A DNA stretch of 9,033 nt from positions 1 to 9,033 of the forward strand of contig NW_021828150.1 of NCBI RefSeq assembly GCF_006345805.1, in the 5' to 3' direction. The translations under genes were made by a program, and so were the position numbers. Shown piece by piece: positions 1-7,513 of this stretch. Under the pieces are notes generated by a model that saw only the letters and a list, made by a program, of their open reading frames with translations, was not told the DNA's origin and made no database searches. How positions within the stretch are numbered: position 1 is the stretch's first letter; the number at the start of each line of letters is the position of its first letter. Source of the stretch: Octopus sinensis (taxonomy: Eukaryota).

Positions 1-212
1 GATATCACAGATAAATCATACTAAAATAACTCAATGAATCTACTAGGATTAACTGTGGTAAAGTGTTAAATACGGCGTTGATGATTTAAACAGTTATGCC
101 AGTATTCCCATGATCCTTTGCGACTTACTATAAAGCGCGGGAACAACGCCATAAATATCATCAGTAGTTTTGAAAAGTTAACGGATTAAGTTATATAGGA
201 AAACTATTAACG

Positions 213-368
213 ACACCATCGAAAAATACCTTACGAATGAGAACCGAGGTTCGAAATTTCCCCAAGACACCTGATGAAGGCTGGAGGGTATATTAGCTGC
301 AACGTTGTGTAAACAGCAAACAGGATGAGAACAAATATCCGTCAATTGTAAATAATGTAAATAATGTA
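213..368 (+). mobile_element. Probable Penelope-like/retrozyme-like repeat fragment carrying a hammerhead motif and ending in a short tandem tail
   Basis: Contains the hammerhead-like motif at 266-310. Ends in GTAAATAAT x2 + GTA (348-368), which runs into a TA microsatellite. The left boundary is approximate and the family assignment is inferred. Confidence 0.45.
266..310 (+). ncRNA. Degenerate minimal type I hammerhead ribozyme motif
   Basis: GACAC(266-270)-CTGATGA(271-277)-A-GGCTG(279-283)-10-nt loop-TAGCT(294-298)-GCAA(299-302, canonical GAAA)-CGTT(303-306)-GTGT(307-310). Helix I is ACAC/GTGT. Helix II has two G-U pairs. A13 is changed to C. Confidence 0.6.
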
Positions 369-392
369 TGTATGTATATATATATATATATA
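366..392. repeat. (TATG)n/(TA)n microsatellite
   Basis: Seen directly. Confidence 0.95.
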
Positions 393-558
393 TTCGGTTT
401 AAGTAATTGAGATTCAAGTGAATTCTAATGAATTCACATGAATATGGTCCTTAACTAGATGCACCGGAAATCTATATGGTGTTAACATACGACAAGTGGG
501 GTGATTACAAATAGGAAAAAGCAACAAGATGGATTAAATGGATTAAAATCTCGGTACA

Positions 559-565
<7 letters not shown>

Positions 566-609
<44 letters not shown>
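566..609. repeat. (TA)n microsatellite
   Basis: Seen directly. Confidence 0.95.
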
Positions 610-737
610 GTAAAAAAAATACAAACTGGGACAAGAACGCAAAACATTAAGGAGACGATACAAAAACACTGACGCGACATTCGAAGCCTTCAATCTTCAG
701 TCAAGACCGGATCATCCTCGCAATTTCGACTGATTAC

Positions 738-813
<76 letters not shown>

Positions 814-840
814 TATATAAAGAGAGAGGAGAGAGAGAGA
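738..840. repeat. (TA)n followed by (GA)n compound microsatellite
   Basis: Seen directly. Confidence 0.95.
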
Positions 841-966
841 TTTAAAGTAATAAGGGTGAAAATTGCATATTAATTTGATTAATAACAATTATAAAAACCA
901 GTGGTCTAGCATATAGAAAACTGAAGATTCAGAAAAATTATATTACATAAATATTAGAGGAGTAAA

Positions 967-1295
967 CACTAAGTGGACATCTATTATGCAAGAAGTTGAC
1001 CCCCATGGTCTTACCACTGAGAAAGGAATCTTCTCAAGAAAATTTAGCAAACACCAGAATGTAAGCGAGCAAGACTCGCGTCTGTATGCGTCTGTAAATA
1101 ACGATCTACTTTTCTTTCCAACATATTGCTGGTGACACTATGTGCCAGTTTGTGATTAATCTGTATATTTTGTATCTTTTCATTTGTCTTGCTCGCTTAC
1201 GTTCTGGCGTTTGCTAAATTTTCTTGAGAACATTCCTTCCTTAGTGGTAAGACCATAGGGGGTCGACTTCTAGCATAATGGATGTCCACCTAGTG
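967..1295. repeat. Long inverted repeat: arms 967-1075 and 1186-1295, 110-bp spacer
   Basis: The reverse complement of 1186-1295 aligns to 967-1075 with 9 substitutions and one 1-nt indel by manual count (about 91% identity). Confidence 0.95.
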
Positions 1296-1379
1296 GTCAT
1301 CCCCGGACACCATGATAGATCGTTAGCTACTACAAGCATTTTTTCTCTCCTTGTTTCTCTCCTTGTTTTTTTCTGTCTA

Positions 1380-1417
1380 TCTTTCTGTCGAAGAGCGTAG
1401 GCTCGAAACGTAAAAGA
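1380..1417 (+). ncRNA. Minimal type I hammerhead-like motif with variant core (CUGUCGA)
   Basis: TCTTT(1380-1384)-CTGTCGA(1385-1391)-A-GAGC-GTAG-GCTC(1393-1404)-GAAA(1405-1408)-CGTA(1409-1412)-AAAGA(1413-1417). Helix I is a perfect 5 bp, helix II a perfect 4 bp, the cleavage triplet is GUA, and A6 is replaced by U. Confidence 0.6.
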
Positions 1418-1511
1418 CTTTTTCTATTCCTGAGCGCTATACTAATACATTTGTCTATTTGTACTCCACCTGCCTTCGTCTTTTGTTTATTTTCGTAAAC
1501 TTTCCTCTTAC

Positions 1512-1587
1512 ATAATATATATTATATATATATATATAATATATATATATATACTATATATATTATATTATATATATATATATATAG

Positions 1588-1632
<45 letters not shown>

Positions 1633-1650
1633 TATATAATGTGTGTGTAT
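1512..1650. repeat. Interrupted (TA)n microsatellite
   Basis: Seen directly. Confidence 0.95.
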
Positions 1651-2245
1651 AGATTTATGCATATATATACATGTGTGGTGCGTATATACGTATACTATAC
1701 GTATAATATGATTGTGTATGTAAGCGCGCGCAAACTTGAAGACTAAAGACTTTTCTTATAATTTTCTTTACTCTGAGGTCAGTATGTTAACGTGATAAAA
1801 CGAAAAGAAATACCAAAGTTTGTTCCAAAAATTTTTTTCCAATAATTATAATTAATTTACTAATTTACCTATTTCCCGACACAGTTTTACAAATAAAACC
1901 AACTTTATTTATTTGAGCAACAATGAATAAAAATGGCCAATATTTAATAAGGATGATGGGTAGGCGGATCTGAAAGATTTGCTTCCAATGTGTCATAATT
2001 TAAATAGAATTTCACTTCATCTCTCGAAGCGGATTTTGCACACAAATTCTACTTGTTTTCATTTCTTGTTTTCTTTCTAATCGTACACTAGTACATATTA
2101 TTGTTTCAAACTTTTTTCCGCTCACCACCTTTGGGCTCTGATTGTAGATAAACTACTCCACGGTTGTATTATTCCAAATACAATACAATGTTATTCTTTA
2201 AATAAATATATTTTTGTCTCACTCCCGCTCTCTTTCCATTTCTCC

Positions 2246-2247
2246 AG

Positions 2248-2282
<35 letters not shown>
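2246..2282. repeat. (CT)n microsatellite
   Basis: Seen directly. Confidence 0.95.
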
Positions 2283-2286
<4 letters not shown>

Positions 2287-2589
2287 GTTTTATAATCACA
2301 GTTAAAAACCACAGGGTATGTTTTCTAAATGAAATCTTTCCACTGCTATCAAAACATGTAAAAAATAATATTAAAAAAATCAGTTTGGTTCCATTTCTGA
2401 TTCATACAAAACAGTACGTTGCACCCGTCATTCTGCTTTCTACCACACCCACTAAGCCTGTACCCCAAGGGTTTGCAGTACAAATGAACGTGCACGCAAA
2501 GCTCAATATATGAACGCATTTATGCATGCATACACATACGTACATATACACATCTAAAACACTATCATATTTACATATAAATATATTTA

Positions 2590-2601
2590 AATATATGTGT
2601 G

Positions 2602-2640
<39 letters not shown>

Positions 2641-2738
2641 TATACAATATATAATATGATATAATATATATCTGTGTGTGTTTGCGACTGTGTGTGTGTG
2701 TATGTATGTATGTATGTATGTATGTATGTATGTATGTA
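2590..2738. repeat. Compound (TA)n/(TG)n/(TATG)n microsatellite
   Basis: Seen directly; (TATG)n at about 2699-2738. Confidence 0.95.
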
Positions 2739-3060
2739 TCATATCATGTCATATCACATTGTCATTCTGTATATATTTTCTTAAATGACATCGTCTCTTT
2801 AGAATTTTATACCCGCTTATAGTGTCCCTCCCACCAATTTCTAAACCCAGAGAACGTGAAAGGAAACCAACTCTCATCAAACTACTATTTACTTTCAGTT
2901 TCTAATTAATGTATAACGAGAAGATATTAAGCTTTGGGCCATATCTTATTTAATATTGGTTTGAAACACTAAAAATTATGGTTTGGGAAAAATGCAACGT
3001 ACTCATACACGCACGCGCGCGTGGTTGTGTGCGTGTATATATCTATTAACATTTAGTATC

Positions 3061-3403
3061 AGGAGTGGCTGTGTGGTAAGTGGCGTAGGAGTGACTGTGT
3101 GCTGAATAGCTTGCTTACCAACCACATGGTTCCGGATTCAGTCCCACTGCATGGCACCTTCAGCAAGTATCTTCTACTATAGCTTCGGGCCGACCAAAGC
3201 CTTGTGAGTGGATTTGGTAGACGCAAACTGAAAGAAGCCAGTCGTATATATACATATATGTGTATGTATATGTTTGTGTGTCTGTGTTCCCCCCCCTCCA
3301 ACATCACTTGACAACAGATGCTGGTCTGTTTAGGTCCCCGTAACTTAGCAGTTCAGCAAGAGGGTCCGATAGAATAAGTACTAGGCTTACAAAGGATAAG
3401 TCC
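3061..3403 (+). mobile_element. tRNA-derived composite SINE (family A, Octopus-type), 3'-truncated, with duplicated head
   Basis: A-box-like GGAGTGGCTGTGTGG, B-box-like GGATTCAGTCC (3134-3144), internal TA/TG linker, then a 3' segment. It aligns with the reverse complement of 8171-8586 over its whole length. The exact family name (OK/OR1/OR2) is not verified. Confidence 0.9.
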
Positions 3404-3426
3404 ATAAAAGAATAACAGAATAAAAG

Positions 3427-3427
3427 A

Positions 3428-3483
<56 letters not shown>

Positions 3484-3594
3484 CATATATAAAAATACAT
3501 ATATTTATATATACACACACAACCACATATATATATATACATACAGTGCATATGCATGTATGTATACACACGCATCCACATTCATATATATATA

Positions 3595-3634
<40 letters not shown>

Positions 3635-3660
3635 TATATTATATATACACATATATATAT
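3427..3660. repeat. Compound (TA)n/(GA)n/(TA)n microsatellite block
   Basis: Seen directly. Confidence 0.95.
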
Positions 3661-3676
3661 GGATTTACATAATGTG

Positions 3677-4090
3677 TGTTGCCATAGAGGTAGCAAGTCG
3701 ATGTACTAAATAAGCTTAGGGTATATGTGCGAGTATATAGATGTGTAGTTCCATGATACAGACATGAACGCATGGATCGGCTACCAGAATCTTTTGGGAG
3801 TGTTCCTCACATGTAAACCCTAGAAATATTAATCAGAATGAAGATAGCTGCAATATTTAAGCTATGAATAAATGTCCAACGATTCGTACCTACAAGGCTT
3901 TATAAAATCTAAGCCTTCCCTCGTTATGAAAAGGATATCCCAAAGGGTCTCGTTCTCTGTTCATTTTGTCTCTAATACTTTAATCAACATGTTAAACTTC
4001 ACTGGACACGGATATAAATGACGGTGTAGGACAACTTTAACTGTCATTTTACGTACATATGAAAAACCTAGATGTATGCTGTAGAGGATA
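3677..4090 (+). pseudogene. Decayed reverse transcriptase of an R4/Dong-like non-LTR retrotransposon (core RT motifs)
   Basis: Frameshifted translation gives AWIGYQ/SFGSVPHM*TLEIL from 3770 (cf. AWIDYxKAFDSVPH). KRISQ..S/LFILSLI/LINMLNFTGHGYK at about 3929-4018 resembles RGIFQGDSLSPLLFxLxLxPL...GYGY. HFTYI*KT*MYA at 4045-4080 resembles HLLYMDDLKLYA. Consensus motifs are quoted from knowledge, not from a search. Confidence 0.75.
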
Positions 4091-4092
4091 AA

Positions 4093-4233
4093 CAGCAAAA
4101 GAGACTGAAAGAATAAGTACTAAGCTTAAAATATAAGTTCTGTGGTTGATTTGTTCAACTAGAACCCTTCAAGGCGGTGCTCCAGCATGGACACAGCCAA
4201 ATGACTGAAACACATAAAAGAGTAAAGAGTAAA
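4093..4233 (+). mobile_element. 5'-truncated 3' tail fragment of SINE family A inserted into the RT relic
   Basis: GCAAAAGAGAC..GAATAAGTACT..GGCGGTGCTCCAGCATGG..AAATGACTGAAAC..AAAAGAGTAAAGAGTAAA matches the reverse complement of about 8171-8296. Confidence 0.85.
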
Positions 4234-4790
4234 TAGAATTACTTTGCTATATTACATGGATTTAACAGGGAAAATTATAGGAGACACGGATTAGAAAATG
4301 CACCAAGGCAATCTTAAAGAGAGTAATATATTTTAAAACACTATCATGCAAGGAATAAAGTTTAATGCGTAGAAATGTCTATTGTACAATAGACACAGAG
4401 TACAATAGACGCATAGTACGATAGACGCAGACTACGATAGACATAGAGTACAATAGGTACAGAGTACAATACACATAAAGATGTTAGGAAAGTGTATTGA
4501 CGCCATTAGATTAATACTTAAAGCGTAGCAAAATATAAAACGTAGAATAATAGGCTTTCAGTACTCAACGTAGTAAGTTATAGTAGTATCGCTCTAAACT
4601 GTGTATTAACTAAATTAGCAAGACTAAGTAAGAGAGAGAAAAAGTTATTGTAATTCGACTACAACACCCTTAATTCTACACAGAATTCTACAATTGCCAC
4701 GAATAGAGCGAGTCAAGGATGTTATATAAATTTAAAGGCTATTATAAAACATCAACAGAAGGATTAAAAAATAACAAGAAAACATTTAAA
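4234..4790 (+). pseudogene. Continuation of the R4/Dong-like ORF relic (post-YxDD and thumb region)
   Basis: GLE/CTKAILKR at 4288-4322 (cf. FGLDKCAK..LKRG), RLILKA at about 4507, YSSIALNCVLTKLARLSKREKKLL at about 4579-4650 (cf. YS...LxW...ELxRLDxKxRKLL), LQLPR at about 4688 (cf. RLYLPR). Many stops and frameshifts; interrupted by a minisatellite. Confidence 0.65.
4384..4479. repeat. 16-bp minisatellite, 6 units (consensus GTACAATAGACACAGA)
   Basis: Units start at 4384, 4400, 4416, 4432, 4448 and 4464. Confidence 0.95.
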
Positions 4791-4851
4791 TAACAAAAAT
4801 AAAGTTTTAAGTGTCAAATAACTGTAGGGAGAACAGAATTAACTAACCACA

Positions 4852-4955
4852 GAATTTGTTTGCAGACAGAAAAAGAGCAGACCACCTAATCGGAGTGTCC
4901 ACTAGGACCTTTCTCCAGAGACAGTGTACACTTCCTTCTGTCTGCAGAGAAATTC
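4852..4955. repeat. 20-bp inverted repeat (4852-4871 / 4936-4955)
   Basis: GAATTTGTTTGCAGACAGAA versus reverse complement GAATTTCTCTGCAGACAGAA, 18/20 identical, 64-bp spacer. Confidence 0.8.
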
Positions 4956-5262
4956 GTAACTAATGTTTATGCAAGCCACCAAATACGGCAGTATCAGAGA
5001 AATAGAGCCCCAATTTGTGATTATATCAATAAGCCTGAAGGTTCAATTCTTGAACCGGGTGGTGATTTGTATCTTTGAAGAAGTCACTATATTCCACTTT
5101 ACTCCAATCAACTTGACTGTAGTGTGTATTAACCGAGTACCAGAGCATCGTTAACCCCACCCTCACATCATTTGTCACATCTTGGATGTTGCCCTATGTC
5201 AAGGGCGAAGTATGTTTACTCATGACTACGTGGATATCATAAAACAGCTAGCAAAAATATGG

Positions 5263-5405
5263 TATAGTAGTATTGCTCTGAACTGTGTGTTAACTAAATT
5301 AGCAAGACTAAGTAAGAAAGAGAAAAAGTTATTACATTTTGACTACAACACCCATAATTCTACACAGAATTCTATAATTGCCACGAATAGAGCGAGTTAA
5401 GGATG
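5263..5405 (+). repeat. 143-bp direct duplicate of 4579-4721 (piece of the retroelement relic)
   Basis: Ungapped alignment at a constant offset of 684, with 11 mismatches by manual count (about 92%). Confidence 0.95.
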
Positions 5406-5934
5406 ATTATATTTTACTTCGATCACAGTTATCCATATATTTTTATTCATAATGTCTTAAAACAATAATTCCACTGAGATGTAATTCAGAAAGGTGAATT
5501 TCACCGATGTTCAAATATAAGTCTACCTATCAAAAGAAACTCTCGCTATGAGGCTGTATTTTTTGTTTGATGTATCATGGTTTATAATGGGAGGTGAATC
5601 AATGCCAAAAATTTGTATGGAACAAACAAAAGATCTGATTTTATACTAACTTTTACAATTACTAATATGTGTATAGAGAGAAGAGAGGAGAATGCGAGGA
5701 GCAGTAGCAAAAGAAAGGGAATATAAAGAGAGTCAATTTAGTAAAAGACTAGAATCCCAGGAAGCTAGTAATTGTCTGCATCAGTTAAAAGGAATAATTA
5801 TAATCCAAACAGTGGAGTGATTTATCCAATGAGAAAGGGTGATGTCTAACGTTTCGAAATTGTTGAGATGATGTCTAATACGTTCCATAGAATTGTTGTT
5901 TAACCTAAACTGAGAATTATGGCTTAAGACTTAC

Positions 5935-6122
5935 CGGTTGAGGACCACCATATCGGGGCAATATTGTCAAATGTTTCGTTATCGTTAGAAACTAGGGATT
6001 TATTGGTGGTGAGGAATCTTGGCCTGTTATTTCGTTAGCGTGTGCTCATGCTGAAATAAGGCGCTGGGATTAAGGCGTGAAGAAGACAATCTACATAGGG
6101 AGGTAGTGTATTGATTGACAAA
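5935..6122 (-). other. Candidate spliced exon (5'UTR or non-coding) of an unidentified transcript
   Basis: On the minus strand: CTAAT branch-like motif (6171-6167), an AG-free polypyrimidine tract, TAG acceptor (AG at 6124-6123), 188 nt, then CG|GTAAGT donor (5934-5929). All three frames contain stops. Confidence 0.35.
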
Positions 6123-6126
6123 CTAA

Positions 6127-6240
6127 AGAGAGAGAGAAGGGAGAAAGAGGGAGCAGGATGAGAATCATTAGAGAGAGGGAGACAGACAAACAGAGACAGG
6201 GAGAGAGAGAGAATTACAGAGAGTCAGCAAGTAGATAGAT
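6127..6240. repeat. GA-rich low-complexity tract
   Basis: Seen directly. Confidence 0.85.
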
Positions 6241-6367
6241 AAGCAATAATGTAGACTTCCTGCGGCGCAGACACGGCTAGAGACTGCCACGCCCCAGTGT
6301 TTGAGTCTCGGTGAGTTATAACTGTGATATTTACAGAATCCCCATTGAAGTATGCCGCGTATTGATG

Positions 6368-6371
<4 letters not shown>

Positions 6372-6449
<78 letters not shown>

Positions 6450-6528
6450 TCACTCTCTCACTTTTCTCTTTCTCTCTCACACACACACTCTCTCTCTCTC
6501 TCTCTCTCTTCTATCTATCTCTCTCTCT
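6372..6528. repeat. (CT)n / (CA)n compound microsatellite
   Basis: Seen directly. Confidence 0.95.
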
Positions 6529-6623
6529 GCACAAGCATATTCTCTTTCACCGCATTCGTACATTTTATGCATTTTACTTTCGTTTTAAATGCATTTAATT
6601 TATTTGTTTATATTGGCCCTGAA

Positions 6624-6665
6624 ATCATCATCATCCCCATCATCATCAATAATAATAATAATAAC

Positions 6666-6720
<55 letters not shown>

Positions 6721-6753
6721 GTAATAGTAATAATGTTACTATTATCATCATCA

Positions 6754-6805
<52 letters not shown>

Positions 6806-6846
6806 CATTATTATTGTCATTATTACCTTTTATATTTTTATTATTA
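6624..6846. repeat. Compound trinucleotide array (ATC)n-(AAT)n-(ATC)n-(ATT)n
   Basis: Seen directly; the AAT and ATT blocks are reverse complements of each other. Confidence 0.95.
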
Positions 6847-6977
6847 CTTCTCCCACTACTACTCTAACTGCTTTTATGCTATAATGTGTGTAAATACATA
6901 AGCCACATCAGCAGAGAACAACGTACACACATATTCACACATACACACACACTCACACACAACATAAACAGTGTAAT

Positions 6978-7018
6978 CAACAACAACAACAACAACAACA
7001 ACAACAGCAACAACAACA
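6978..7018. repeat. (CAA)n microsatellite
   Basis: Seen directly; one CAG interruption. Confidence 0.95.
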
Positions 7019-7182
7019 CCCTGCGCTGAAACCAGACCACGCCTCTGTCTTTTGTCGATCCCTTCCTAAGATCTACACCCGACCCAACGACCATCTCTCC
7101 GCGGGGAGGTAGAAGAACCACGTAAAAAGAAAAAAAAAACATATGACTAAAGGCAAAATACCATGATTTAATAAAGGTGACG

Positions 7183-7184
7183 AA

Positions 7185-7224
<40 letters not shown>

Positions 7225-7243
7225 AAAAAAAAAAAAGAAAGAA
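7183..7243. repeat. (AAAG)n tetranucleotide repeat with poly-A
   Basis: Seen directly. Confidence 0.95.
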
Positions 7244-7513
7244 ATGAAGAATATCGACATGATCAAATTCTAAAGCCAACGAGATCTACTTCTGTCTTAT
7301 ATGAAAAATAAAACAAAACCGATGTAACTTACCTCCTTGGTGCTTGGAAAACAAGATCTTCAGATAAATGCAGTTATGGACCACCGTAGAATTTATGTTT
7401 CTCGCTGGCCGCTGTATCTAATATACGTTCTTGTATGTATATATACACATACATACGTACTATATATATAGTGTGTGTGTGTACCTGTAAACATACATGC
7501 ACACATACTATAT

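Noticed and set aside
668-712. Minus-strand CTGAAGA...GAATGTC, a possible third hammerhead
   Set aside because: No GAAA, helix II does not close properly, and helix I cannot pair in register after GUC. The surrounding 610-730 may be a dispersed repeat, but I cannot support that from this window alone.
3061-3150. tRNA gene
   Set aside because: A/B-box-like motifs only, with no cloverleaf; it is a SINE head repeated at 8500-8586.
4384-4479. CRISPR-like periodicity
   Set aside because: Units are head-to-tail without spacers, in a eukaryotic context; this is a minisatellite.
4890-5073. Open + frame ending ILEPGGDLYL after an acceptor-like CTTCTGTCTGCAG, reminiscent of the methyltransferase LxPGG motif
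   Set aside because: Only a short motif match, with no good donor and no other methyltransferase motifs.
5085-5120. Minus-strand VDWSKVEYSD resembling the Tc1 WxxVxFSDE motif
   Set aside because: Flanking residues do not follow the Tc1 DDE consensus.
5840-5898. Degenerate tandem pair TGATGTCTAA..CGTT..AATTGTTG
   Set aside because: Two short diverged units; ordinary slippage with no further signal.
6978-7112. PolyQ-like frame QQQ...HPALKPDHASVF...
   Set aside because: No start codon or splice context; a simple CAA microsatellite explains it.
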